A stretch of 64,000 nucleotides of DNA. It comes from Eledone cirrhosa. Lineage: Eukaryota. Where the stretch lies: the NCBI GenBank assembly GCA_964016885.1, contig OZ024744.1, positions 127,906,001 through 127,970,000 of the forward strand, given 5' to 3'. The translations under genes and the position numbers were made by a program. Below, piece after piece: positions 10,201 to 23,000 of this stretch (positions are counted from its first letter, which is position 1; every line of letters begins with the position of its first letter). The notes under the pieces are model-generated. The model ran no database searches. It was not told the DNA's origin and saw only the letters and a list, made by a program, of their open reading frames with translations.

Positions 10201-13200
10201 AGTTGGGGTTAAGTTAAGTTGGGGCTAAGTTAAGTTGGGGCTAAGTTAAGTTGGGGCTGAGTTAAGTTGGGGTTAAGTTGCGGTTGAGTTAAGTTGGGGT
10301 TAAGTTAAGTTGGGATTAAGTTAAGTTGGGGTTAAGTTAAGTTCGGGTTGAGTTAAGTTGGGGTTAAGTTAAGTTGGGGTTAATTTAAGTTGGGGTTAAG
10401 TTAAGTTGGGGTTAAGATAAGTTGGGGTTAAGTTAAGTTGGGGTTAACTTAAGTTGGGGTTGAGTTAATTTGGGGTTAAGTTAAGTTGGGGTTAACTTAA
10501 GTTGGGGTTAAGTTAAGTTGGGGTTAAGTTAAGTTGGGGGTAAGTTAAAATGGGGCAAGCTAAGTTGGGGTTCAGTTAAGTTGGGGTTAAGTTAATTTGG
10601 GGCTGAGTTAAGTTGGGGTTAAGTTAAGTTCGGGTTGAGTTAAGTTGGGGTTAAGTTAAGTTGGGGTTAAGTTAAGTTGGGGTTAAGTTAAGTTGGGGTT
10701 AAGATAAGTTGGGGTTAAGTTAAGTTGGGGTTAATTTAAGTTGGGGTTGAGTTAACTTGGGTTTAAGTTAAGTTGGGCTTAACTTAAGTTGGGGTTAAGT
10801 TAAGTTGGGGGTAAGTTAAGTTGGGGGCAAGTTAAGTTGGGGTTAATTTAAGTTGGGGTTAAGTTAAGTTGGGGTTAAGTTAAGTTGGGGGTAACTTAAG
10901 TTGGGGTTAAGTTAAGTTGAGGGTAAGTTAAGTTGAGGTTAAGTTAAGTTGGGGTTAAGTTAAGTTGGGGGTAAGTTAAGTTGGGGGTAAGTTAAGTTGG
11001 GGTTAAGTTAAGTTGGGGTTAAATTAAGTTGAGGTTAAGTTAATTTGGGGTTAAGTTAAGTTGGGGTTAAGTTAAGTTGGGGGTAAGATAAGTTGGGGCT
11101 AAGTTAAGTTGGGGCTAAGTCAAGTTGGGGTTAAGTCAAGTTGGGGTTAAGTCAAGTTGAGGTTAACTTAAGTTGGGGTTAAGTTAAGTTGGGGTTAAGT
11201 TAAGTTGGGGTTCAGGTAAGTTGGGGTTAAGTTAAGTTGGGGCTAAGTTAAGTTGGGGCTAAGTTAAGTTGGGGCTGAGTTAAGTTGGGGTTAAGTTGGG
11301 GTTGAGTTAAGTTGGGGTTAAGTTAAGTTGGGATTAAGTTAAGTTGGGGTTAAGTTAAGTTCGGGTTGAGTTAAGTTGGGGTTAAGTTAAGTTGGGGTTA
11401 ATTTAAGTTGGGGTTAAGTTAAGTTGGGGTTAAGATAAGTTGGGGTTAAGTTAAGTTGGGGTTAAGTTAAGTTGGGGTTGAGTTAATTTGGGGTTAAGTT
11501 AAGTTGGGGTTAACTTAAGTTGGGGTTAAGTTAAGTTGGGGTTAAGTTAAGTTGGGGGTAAGTTAAGTCGGGGTTAAGTTAAGTTGGGGTTAAGTTAAGT
11601 TGGGGTTAAGGTAAGTTGGGGTTATGTTAAGTTGGGGCTAAGTTAAGTTGGGGCTAAGTTAAGTTGGGGCTGAGTTAAGTTGGGGTTAAGTTAAGTTGGG
11701 GTTGAGTTAAGTTGGGGTTAAGTTAAGTTGGGATTAAGTTAAGTTGGGGTTAAGTTAAGTTGGGGTTAAGATAAGTTGGGGTTAAGTTAAGTTGGGGTTA
11801 AGTTAAGTTGGGGTTGAGTTAATTTGGGGTTAAGTTAAGTTGGGGTTAACTTAAGTTGGGGTTAAGTGGGGTTAAGTTAAGTTGGGGGTAGGTTAAGTTG
11901 GGGACAAGTTAAGTTGGGGTTAAGTTAAGTTGGGGTTAAGTTAAGTTGGGTTTAAGTTAAGTTGGGGCTAAGTTAAGTTGGGGCTAAGTTAAGTTGGGGC
12001 TGAGTTAAGTTGGGTGTAAGTTAAGTTGGGGTTCAGTTCAGTTGGGGTTAAGTTAAGTTGGGGTTAAGTTAAGTTGGGGTTAAGTTAAGTTGGGGTTAAG
12101 TTAAGTTGGGGTTAAGTTAAGTTGGGGTTGAGTTAAGTTGGGGTTGAGTTAAGTTGGGGTTAAGTTAAGTTGGGGTTAAGTTAAGTTGTGGTTAAGTTAA
12201 GTTGGGGGTAAGTTAAGTTGGGGGTAAGTTAAGTTGGGGGCAAGTTAAGTTGGGGTTAAGTTAAGTTGGGGTTAAGTTAAGTTGGGGTTAAGTTAAGTTA
12301 GGGTTAATTTCAGTTGGGGTTAAGTTAAGTTGGGGTTAAGTTAAGTTAGGGTTAATTTAAGTTGGGGTTATGTTAAGTTGGGGTTAGGTTAAGTTGGGGT
12401 TAAGTTAAGTTGGTGTTAAGTAAAGTTGGGGTTAAGTTAAGTTGTGGGTTAAGTTAAGTTGGGGTTAAGTTAAGTTGGGGTTAAGTTAAGTTGGTGTTAA
12501 GTAAAGTTGGGCTTAAGTTAAGTTGGGTTTGAGTTTAGTTGGGGCTAAGTTAAGTTAGGGCTAAGTTAAGTTGGGGTTAAGTTAAGTTGGGGCTAGGTTA
12601 AGTTGGGTCTAATTTAAGTTGGGGTTAAGTTAAGTTGGGGTTAAGTTAAGTTGGGGTTAAATTAAGTTGGGGTTAAGTTAAGTTGGGCTTAAGCTAAGTT
12701 GGGGTTAAGTTAGGTTGTGGGTTAAGTTAAGTTGGGGTTAAGTTAAGCTGGGGTTAAGTTGGGGTAAGTTAAGTTGGGGGTAAGTTAAGTTGGGGTTAAG
12801 TTAAGTTGGGGTTAAGTTAAGTTGGGGTTAATTTAAGTTGGGGTTAAGTTAAGTTGGAGTTGAGTTAAGTTGGGGTTGAGTTAAGTTGGGGTTAAGTTAA
12901 GTTGGGGTTAAGTTAAGTTGGGGTTAAGTTAAGTTGGGGTTAAGTTAAGCTGGGGTAAAGTTGGGGTAAGTTAAGTTGGGGTTAAGTTAAGTTGGGGTTA
13001 AGTTAAGTTGAGGTTAAGTTAAGTTGGGGTTAAGTTAAGTTGGGGTTGAGTTAAGTTGGGGTTGAGTTAAGTTGGGGTTAAGTTAAGTTGGGGTTAAGTT
13101 AAGTTGGGGTTAAGTTAAGTTGGGGTTAAGTTAAGTTGGGGTTAAGTTAAGTTGGGGGTAAGTTAAGATGGGGGCAAGTTAAGTTGGGGTTAAGTTAAGT

Positions 13201-16200
13201 TGGGGTTAAGTTAAGTTGGGGTTAAGTTAAGTTGGGGTTAAGTTAAGTTGGGGTTAAGTTAAGTTGGGGTTAAGTTAAGTTAGGGTTAATTTCAGTTGGG
13301 GTTATGTTAAGTTGGGGTTAAGTTAAGTTGGGGTTAAGTTAAAGTTGGGGTTAAGTTAAGTTGGGGTAAAGTTAAGTTGGGGTTAAGTTAAGTTGGGGTT
13401 AAATTAAGTTGGGGTTCAGTTAAGTTGGGGTTAAATTAAGTTGGGGTTAAGTTAAGTTGGGGTTAGTTAAGTTGGGGTTAAGTTAAGTTGGGGTTAAGTT
13501 AAGTTGGGGTTAAGTTAAGTTGGGGTTAAGTTAAGTTGGCGTTAAGTTAAGTTGGGGTTAAGTTAAGTTGGGGTTAAATTAAGTTGGGGTTAAGTTAAGT
13601 TGGGGTTAATTTAAGTTGGGGTTAAGTTAAGTTGGGGTTAATTTAAGTTGGAGTTAAGTCAAGTTGGGGTTAAGTCAAGTTGGGGTTAAGTCAAGTTGGG
13701 GTTAAGTCAAGTTGGGGTTAAGTTAAGTTGGGATTAAGTTAAGTTGGGGTTAAGTTAAGTTGGGGTTAAGATAAGTTGGGGTTAAGTTAAGTTGGGGTTA
13801 ATTTAAGTTGGGGTTGAGTTAAGTTCGGGTTAAGTTAAGTTCGGGTTGAGTTAAGTTGGGGTTAAGTTAAGTTGGGGTTAAGTTAAGTTGGGGTTAAGTT
13901 AAGTTGGGGTTAAGATAAGTTGGGGTTAAGTTAAGTTGGGGTTAATTTAAGTTGGGGTTGAGTTAATTTGGGTTTAAGTTAAGTTGGGCTTAACTTAAGT
14001 TGGGGTTAAGTTGGGGTTAAGTTAAGTTGGGGTTAAGTTAAGTTGGGGTTAAGTTAAGTTGGGGGTAAGTTAAGTTGGGGGCAAGTTAAGTTGGGGTTAA
14101 TTTAAGTTGGGGTTAAGTTAAGTTGGGGTTATGTTAAGTTGGGGTTAATTTAAGTTGGGTTTAAGGTAAGTTGGGGTTAAGTTAAGTTGGGGCTAAGTTA
14201 AGTTGGGGCTAAGTTAAGTTGGGGCTGAGTTAAGTTGGGGTTAAGTTGGGGTTGAGTTAAGTTGGGGTTAAGTTAAGTTGGGATTAAGTTAAGTTGGGGT
14301 TAAGTTAAGTTCGGGTTGAGTTAAGTTGGGGTTAAGTTAAGTTGGGGTTAATTTAAGTTGGGGTTAAGTTAAGTTGGGGTTAAGATAAGTTGGGGTTAAG
14401 TTAAGTTGGGGTTAAGTTAAGTTGGGGTTGAGTTAATTTGGGGTTAAGTTAAGTCGGGGTTAACTTAAGTTGGGGTTAAGTTAAGTTGGGGTTAAGTTAA
14501 GTTGGGGGTAAGTTAAGTTGGGGGCAAGTTGAGTTGGGGTTAAGTTAAGTTGGGGTTAAGTTAAGGTGGGGGTAAGTTAAGTTGGGGGTAAGTTAAGTTG
14601 GGGTTAAGTTAAGTTGGGGTTAAGTTAAGTTGGGTTTAAGTTAAGTTGGGGCTAAGTCTAGTTGGGGCTAAGTTAAGTTGGGGCTGAGTTAAGTTGGGGT
14701 TAAGTTAAGTTGGGGTTGAGTTAAGTTGGGGTTAACTTAAGTTGGGGTTAAGTTGGGGTTAAGTTAAGTTGGGGTTAAATTAAGTTGGGGGTTAATTAAG
14801 TTGCGGCAAGTTAAGTTGGGGTTAATTTAAGTTGGGGTTAAGTTAAGTTGGGGTTATGTTAAGTTGGGGTTAAGTTAAGTTGGGGTTAAGTTAAGTTGGG
14901 GGTAAGTTAATTTGGGGCTGAGTTAAGATAGGGTTAAGTTAAGTTCGGGTTGAGTTAAGTTGGGGTTAAGTTAAGTTGGGGTTAAGTTAAGTTGGGATTA
15001 AGTTAAGTTGGGGTTAAGATAAGTTGGGGTTAAGTTAAGTTGGGGTTATTTTAAGTTGGGGTTGAGTTAAGTTCGGGTTAAGTTAAGTTCGGGTTGAGTT
15101 AAGTTGGGGTTAAGTTAAGTTGGGGTTAAGTTAAGTTGGGGTTAAGTTAAGTTGGGGTTAAGATAAGTTGGGGTTAAGTTAAGTTGGGGTTAATTTAAGT
15201 TGGGGTTGAGTTAATTTGGGTTTAAGTTAAGTTGGGCTTAACTTAAGTTGGGGTTAAGTTGGGGTTAAGTTAAGTTGGGGTTAAGTTAAGTTGGGGTTAA
15301 GTTAAGTTGGGGGTAAGTTAAGTTGGGGGCAAGTTAAGTTGGGGTTAATTTAAGTTGGGGTTAAGTTAAGTTGGGGTTATGTTAAGTTGGGGTTAATTTA
15401 AGTTGGGGTTAAGTTAAGTTGGGGGTAACTTAAGTTGAGGGTAAGTTAAGTTGAGGGTAAGTTAAGTTGAGGGTAAGTTAAGTTGAGGTTAAGTTAAGTT
15501 GGGGTTAAGTTAAGTTGGGGGTAAGTTAAGTTGGGGGTAAGTTAAGTTGGGGTTAAGTTAAGTTGGGGTTAAATTAAGTTGAGGTTAAGTTAATTTGGGG
15601 TTAAGTTAAGTTGGGGTTAAGTTAAGTTGGGGTTAAGTTAAGTTGGGGTTAAGGTAAGTTGGGGTTAAGTTAAGTTGGGGCTAAGTTAAGTTGGGGCTAA
15701 GTTAAGTTGGGGCTGAGTTAAGTTGGGGTTAAGTTGCGGTTGAGTTAAGTTGGGGTTAAGTTAAGTTGGGATTAAGTTAAGTTGGGGTTAAGTTAAGTTC
15801 GGGTTGAGTTAAGTTGGGGTTAAGTTAAGTTGGGGTTAATTTAAGTTGGGGTTAAGTTAAGTTGGGGTTAAGATAAGTTGGGGTTAAGTTAAGTTGGGGT
15901 TAACTTAAGTTGGGGTTGAGTTAATTTGGGGTTAAGTTAAGTTGGGGTTAACTTAAGTTGGGGTTAAGTTAAGTTGGGGTTAAGTTAAGTTGGGGGTAAG
16001 TTAAAATGGGGCAAGCTAAGTTGGGGTTCAGTTAAGTTGGGGTTAAGTTAATTTGGGGCTGAGTTAAGTTGGGGTTAAGTTAAGTTCGGGTTGAGTTAAG
16101 TTGGGGTTAAGTTAAGTTGGGGTTAAGTTAAGTTGGGGTTAAGTTAAGTTGGGGTTAAGATAAGTTGGGGTTAAGTTAAGTTGGGGTTAATTTAAGTTGG

Positions 16201-17060
16201 GGTTGAGTTAACTTGGGTTTAAGTTAAGTTGGGCTTAACTTAAGTTGGGGTTAAGTTAAGTTGGGGGTAAGTTAAGTTGGGGGCAAGTTAAGTTGGGGTT
16301 AATTTAAGTTGGGGTTAAGTTAAGTTGGGGTTAAGTTAAGTTGGGGGTAACTTAAGTTGGGGTTAAGTTAAGTTGAGGGTAAGTTAAGTTGAGGTTAAGT
16401 TAAGTTGGGGTTAAGTTAAGTTGGGGGTAAGTTAAGTTGGGGGTAAGTTAAGTTGGGGTTAAGTTAAGTTGGGGTTAAATTAAGTTGAGGTTAAGTTAAT
16501 TTGGGGTTAAGTTAAGTTGGGGTTAAGTTAAGTTGGGGGTAAGATAAGTTGGGGCTAAGTTAAGTTGGGGCTAAGTCAAGTTGGGGTTAAGTCAAGTTGG
16601 GGTTAAGTCAAGTTGAGGTTAACTTAAGTTGGGGTTAAGTTAAGTTGGGGTTAAGTTAAGTTGGGGTTCAGGTAAGTTGGGGTTAAGTTAAGTTGGGGCT
16701 AAGTTAAGTTGGGGCTAAGTTAAGTTGGGGCTGAGTTAAGTTGGGGTTAAGTTGGGGTTGAGTTAAGTTGGGGTTAAGTTAAGTTGGGATTAAGTTAAGT
16801 TGGGGTTAAGTTAAGTTCGGGTTGAGTTAAGTTGGGGTTAAGTTAAGTTGGGGTTAATTTAAGTTGGGGTTAAGTTAAGTTGGGGTTAAGATAAGTTGGG
16901 GTTAAGTTAAGTTGGGGTTAAGTTAAGTTGGGGTTGAGTTAATTTGGGGTTAAGTTAAGTTGGGGTTAACTTAAGTTGGGGTTAAGTTAAGTTGGGGTTA
17001 AGTTAAGTTGGGGGTAAGTTAAGTCGGGGTTAAGTTAAGTTGGGGTTAAGTTAAGTTGGG
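6114..17060 (+). repeat. Apparently identical 5,456-bp tandem duplication (junction ~11570-11604)
   Basis: Offset 5456 at every marker checked: gggaca 6448/11904, aagatggggg 7711/13167, ttattttaag 9592/15048, aaaatggggcaagc 10547/16003, ttcaggtaag 11211/16667, tcgggg 11568/17024. Bounding mismatches at 6113/11569 and 11605/17061. Confidence 0.93.
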
Positions 17061-20000
17061 TTTAAGTTAAGTTGGGGCTAAGTTAAGTTGGGGCTAAGTT
17101 AAGTTGGGGCTGAGTTAAGTTGGGGGTAACTTAAGTTGGGTATAAGTTAAGTTGGGGTTAAGTTAAGTTGGGGTTCAGTTCAGTTGGGGTTAACTTAAGT
17201 TGGGGTTAAGTTAAGCTGGGGTTAAGTTAAGTTGGGGTTAATTTAAGTTGGGGTTAAGTTAAGTTGGGGTTGAGTTAAGTTGGGGTTGAGTTAAGCTGGG
17301 GTTAATTTAAGTTGGGGTTAAGTTAAGTTGGGGTTAAGTTAAGTTGGGGTTAAGTTAAGTTGGGGGTAAGTTAAGTTGGGGGCAAGTTAAGTTGGGGTTA
17401 AGTTAAGTTGGGGTTAAGTTAAGTTGGGGTTAAGTTAAGTTAGGGTTAATTTCAGTTGGGGTTAAGTTAAGTTGGGGTTAAGTTAAGTTAGGGTTAATTT
17501 AAGTTGGGGTTATGTTAAGTTGGGGTTAAGTTAAGTTGGGGTTAAGTTAAGTTGGTGTTAAGTAAAGTTGGGGTTAAGTTAAGTTGTGGGTTAAGTTAAG
17601 TTGGGGTTAAGTTAAGTTGGGGTTAAGTTAAGTTGGTGTTAAGTAAAGTTGGGCTTAAGTTAAGTTGGGTTTGAGTTAAGTTGGGGCTAAGTTAAGTTAG
17701 GGCTAAGTTAAGTTGGGGTTAAGTTAAGTTGGGGCTAGGTTAAGTTGGGTCTAAGTTAAGTTGGGGTTAAGTTAAGTTGGGGTTAAGTTCAGTTGGGGTT
17801 AACTTAAGTTGGGGTTAAGTTAAGTTGGGGTTAAGTTAAGTTGGGGGTAAGTTAAGTCGGGGTTAAGTTAAGTTGGGGTTAAGTTAAGTTGGGTTTAAGT
17901 TAAGTTGGGGCTAAGTTAAGTTGGGGCTAAGTTAAGTTGGGGCTGAGTTAAGTTGGGGGTAACTTAAGTTGGGTATAAGTAAAGTTGGGGTTAAGTTAAG
18001 TTGTGGGTTAAGTTAAGTTGGGGTTAAGTTAAGTTGGGGTTAAGTTAAGTTGGGGGTAAGTTAAGTTGGGTGTAAGTTAAGTTGGGGTTAAGTTAAAATG
18101 TGGTTAAGTTCAGTTGGGGTTAAGTTAAGTTGGGGTTAAGTTAAGTTGGGGGTAAGTTAAGTTGGGGGCAAGTTAAGTTGGGGTTAAGTTAAGTTGGGGT
18201 TAAGTTAAGTTGGGGTTAAGTTAAGTTGGGGTTAAGTTAAGTTGGGGTTAAGTTAAGTTAGGGTTAATTTCAGTTGGGGTTATGTTAAGTTGGGGTTAAG
18301 TTAAGTTGGGGTTAAGTTAAAGTTGGGGTTAAGTTAAGTTGGGGTAAAGTTAAGTTAGGGTTAAGTTGAGTTGGGGTTAAGTTAAGTTGGGGTTAAATTA
18401 AGTTGGGGTTAAGTTAAGTTGGGGTTAAGGTAAGTTGGGGTTAAATTAAGTTGGGGTTCAGTTAAGTTGGGGTTAAATTAAGTTGGGGTTAAGTTAAGTT
18501 GGGGTTAGTTAAGTTGCGGTTAAGTTAAGTTGGGGTTAAGTTAAGTTGGGGTTAAGTTAAGTTGGCGTTAAGTTAAGTTGGGGTTAAGTTAAGTTGGGGT
18601 TAAATTAAGTTGGGGTTAAGTTAAGTTGGGGTTAATTTAAGTTGGGGTTAAGTTAAGTTGGGGTTAAGTTAAGTTGGAGTTAAGTCAAGTTGGGGTTAAG
18701 TCAAGTTGCGGTTAAGTCAAGTTGGGGTTAAGTCAAGTTGGGGTTAAGTTAAGTTGGGGTTAAGTTAAGTTGGGGTTAACTTAAGTTGGGGTTAATTTGG
18801 GGTTAAGTTAAGTTGGGGTTAAATTAAGTTGGGGGTTAGTTAAGTTGGGGTTATGTTAAGTTGGGGTTAAGTTAAGTTGGGGTTAAGTTAAGTTGGGGGT
18901 AAGTTAAGTTGGGGTTAAGTTAAGTTGGGGGTAAGTTAAGTTGAGGGTAAGTTAAGTTGGGGTTAAGTTAAGTTGGGGTTAAATTAAGTTGAGGTTAAGT
19001 TAAGTTGGGGTTAAGTTAAGTTGGGGGTAAGATAAGTTGGGGGTAAGATAAGTTGGGGCTAAGTTAAGTTGGGGCTAAGTCAAGTTGGGGTTAATTCAAG
19101 TTGAGGTTAACTTAAGTTGGGGTTAAGTTAAGTTGGGGTTAATTTAAGTTGGGGTTAAGTTAAGTTGGGGTTAAGATAAGTTAGGGTTAAGTTAAGTTGG
19201 GGTTAAGTTAAGTTGGGGTTGAGTTAAGTTCGGGTTAAGTTAAGTTCGGGTTGAGTTAAGTTGGGGTTAAGTTAAGTTGGGGTTAAGTTAAGTTGGGGTT
19301 AAGTTAAGTTGGGGTTAAGATAAGTTGGGGTTAAGTTAAGTTGGGGTTAATTTAAGTTGGGGTTGAGTTAATTTGGGTTTAAGTTAAGTTGGGCTTAACT
19401 TAAGTTGGGGTTAAGTTGGGGTTAAGTTAAGTTGGGGTTAAGTTAAGTTGGGGTTAAGTTAAGTTGGGGGTAAGTTAAGTTGGGGGCAAGTTAAGTTGGG
19501 GTTAATTTAAGTTGGGGTTAAGTTAAGTTGGGGTTATGTTAAGTTGGGGTTAATTTAAGTTGGGGTTAAGTTAAGTTGGGGGTAACTTAAGTTGAGGGTA
19601 AGTTAAGTTGAGGGTAAGTTAAGTTGAGGGTAAGTTAAGTTGAGGTTAAGTTAAGTTGGGGTTAAGTTAAGTTGGGGGTAAGTTAAGTTGGGGGTAAGTT
19701 AAGTTGGGGTTAAGTTAAGTTGGGGTTAAATTAAGTTGAGGTTAAGTTAATTTGGGGTTAAGTTAAGTTGGGGTTAAGTTAAGTTGGGGGTAAGATAAGT
19801 TGGGGCTAAGTTAAGTTGGGGCTAAGTCAAGTTGGGGTTAAGTCAAGTTGAGGTTAACTTAAGTTGGGGTTAAGTTAAGTTGGGGTTAAGTTAAGTTGGG
19901 GTTAAGGTAAGTTGGGGTTAAGTTAAGTTGGGGCTAAGTTAAGTTGGGGCTAAATTAAGTTGGGGCTGAGTTAAGTTGGGGTTAAGTTGGGGTTGAGTTA

Positions 20001-23000
20001 AGTTGGGGTTAAGTTAAGTTGGGATTAAGTTAAGTTGGGGTTAAGTTAAGTTCGGGTTGAGTTAAGTTGGGGTTAAGTTAAGTTGGGGTTAATTTAAGTT
20101 GGGGTTAAGTTAAGTTGGGGTTAAGATAAGTTGGGGTTAAGTTAAGTTGGGGTTAAGTTAAGTTGGGGTTGAGTTAATTTGGGGTTAAGTTAAGTTGGGG
20201 TTAACTTAAGTTGGGGTTAAGTTAAGTTGGGGTTAAGTTAAGTTGGGGGTAAGTTAAGTTGGGGGCAAGTTGAGTTGGGGTTAAGTTAAGTTGGGGTTAA
20301 GTTAAGGTGGGGGTAAGTTAAGTTGGGGGTAAGTTAAGTTGGGGTTAAGTTAAGTTGGGGTTAAGTTAAGTTGGGTTTAAGTTAAGTTGGGGCTAAGTCT
20401 AGTTGGGGCTAAGTTAAGTTGGGGCTGAGTTAAGTTGGGGTTAAGTTAAGTTGGGGTTGAGTTAAGTTGGGGTTAACTTAAGTTGGGGTTAAGTTGGGGT
20501 TAAGTTAAGTTGGGGTTAAATTAAGTTGGGGGTTAGTTAAGTTGCGGCAAGTTAAGTTGGGGTTAATTTAAGTTGGGGTTAAGTTAAGTTGGGGTTAAAT
20601 TAAGTTGGGGTTAAGTTAAGTTGGGGTTAATTTAAGTTGGGGTTAAGTTAAGTTGGGGTTAATTTAAGTTGGAGTTAAGTCAAGTTGGGGTTAAGTCAAG
20701 TTGGGGTTAAGTCAAGTTGGGGTTAAGTCAAGTTGGGGTTAAGTTAAGTTGGGATTAAGTTAAGTTGGGGTTAAGTTAAGTTGGGGTTAAGATAAGTTGG
20801 GGTTAAGTTAAGTTGGGGTTAATTTAAGTTGGGGTTGAGTTAAGTTCGGGTTAAGTTAAGTTCGGGTTGAGTTAAGTTGGGGTTAAGTTAAGTTGGGGTT
20901 AAGTTAAGTTGGGGTTAAGTTAAGTTGGGGTTAAGATAAGTTGGGGTTAAGTTAAGTTGGGGTTAATTTAAGTTGGGGTTGAGTTAATTTGGGTTTAAGT
21001 TAAGTTGGGCTTAACTTAAGTTGGGGTTAAGTTGGGGTTAAGTTAAGTTGGGGTTAAGTTAAGTTGGGGTTAAGTTAAGTTGGGGGTAAGTTAAGTTGGG
21101 GGCAAGTTAAGTTGGGGTTAATTTAAGTTGGGGTTAAGTTAAGTTGGGGTTATGTTAAGTTGGGGTTAATTTAAGTTGGGTTTAAGGTAAGTTGGGGTTA
21201 AGTTAAGTTGGGGCTAAGTTAAGTTGGGGCTAAGTTAAGTTGGGGCTGAGTTAAGTTGGGGTTAAGTTGGGGTTGAGTTAAGTTGGGGTTAAGTTAAGTT
21301 GGGATTAAGTTAAGTTGGGGTTAAGTTAAGTTCGGGTTGAGTTAAGTTGGGGTTAAGTTAAGTTGGGGTTAATTTAAGTTGGGGTTAAGTTAAGTTGGGG
21401 TTAAGATAAGTTGGGGTTAAGTTAAGTTGGGGTTAAGTTAAGTTGGGGTTGAGTTAATTTGGGGTTAAGTTAAGTCGGGGTTAACTTAAGTTGGGGTTAA
21501 GTTAAGTTGGGGTTAAGTTAAGTTGGGGGTAAGTTAAGTTGGGGGCAAGTTGAGTTGGGGTTAAGTTAAGTTGGGGTTAAGTTAAGGTGGGGGTAAGTTA
21601 AGTTGGGGGTAAGTTAAGTTGGGGTTAAGTTAAGTTGGGGTTAAGTTAAGTTGGGTTTAAGTTAAGTTGGGGCTAAGTCTAGTTGGGGCTAAGTTAAGTT
21701 GGGGCTGAGTTAAGTTGGGGTTAAGTTAAGTTGGGGTTGAGTTAAGTTGGGGTTAACTTAAGTTGGGGTTAAGTTGGGGTTAAGTTAAGTTGGGGTTAAA
21801 TTAAGTTGGGGGTTAGTTAAGTTGCGGCAAGTTAAGTTGGGGTTAATTTAAGTTGGGGTTAAGTTAAGTTGGGGTTATGTTAAGTTGGGGTTAAGTTAAG
21901 TTGGGGTTAAGTTAAGTTGGGGGTAAGTTAATTTAGGGCTGAGTTAAGATAGGGTTAAGTTAAGTTCGGGTTGAGTTAAGTTGGGGTTAAGTTAAGTTGG
22001 GGTTAAGTTAAGTTGGGATTAAGTTAAGTTGGGGTTAAGATAAGTTGGGGTTAAGTTAAGTTGGGGTTAATTTAAGTTGGGGTTGAGTTAAGTTCGGGTT
22101 AAGTTAAGTTCGGGTTGAGTTAAGTTGGGGTTAAGTTAAGTTGGGGTTAAGTTAAGTTGGGGTTAAGTTAAGTTGGGGTTAAGATAAGTTGGGGTTAAGT
22201 TAAGTTGGGGTTAATTTAAGTTGGGGTTGAGTTAATTTGGGTTTAAGTTAAGTTGGGCTTAACTTAAGTTGGGGTTAAGTTGGGGTTAAGTTAAGTTGGG
22301 GTTAAGTTAAGTTGGGGTTAAGTTAAGTTGGGGGTAAGTTAAGTTGGGGGCAAGTTAAGTTGGGGTTAATTTAAGTTGGGGTTAAGTTAAGTTGGGGTTA
22401 TGTTAAGTTGGGGTTAATTTAAGTTGGGGTTAAGTTAAGTTGGGGGTAACTTAAGTTGAGGGTAAGTTAAGTTGAGGGTAAGTTAAGTTGAGGGTAAGTT
22501 AAGTTGAGGTTAAGTTAAGTTGGGGTTAAGTTAAGTTGGGGGTAAGTTAAGTTGGGGGTAAGTTAAGTTGGGGTTAAGTTAAATTGGGGTTAAATTAAGT
22601 TGAGGTTAAGTTAATTTGGGGTTAAGTTAAGTTGGGGTTAAGTTAAGTTGGGGGTAAGATAAGTTGGGGCTAAGTTAAGTTGGGGCTAAGTCAAGTTGGG
22701 GTTAAGTTAAGTTGGGGTTAAGTTAAGTTGGGGTTAAGGTAAGTTGGGGTTAAGTTAAGTTGGGGCTAAGTTAAGTTGGGGCTAAGTTAAGTTGGGGCTG
22801 AGTTAAGTTGGGGTTAAGTTGCGGTTGAGTTAAGTTGGGGTTAAGTTAAGTTGGGATTAAGTTAAGTTGGGGTTAAGTTAAGTTCGGGTTGAGTTAAGTT
22901 GGGGTTAAGTTAAGTTGGGGTTAATTTAAGTTGGGGTTAAGTTAAGTTGGGGTTAAGATAAGTTGGGGTTAAGTTAAGTTGGGGTTAAGTTAAGTTGGGG

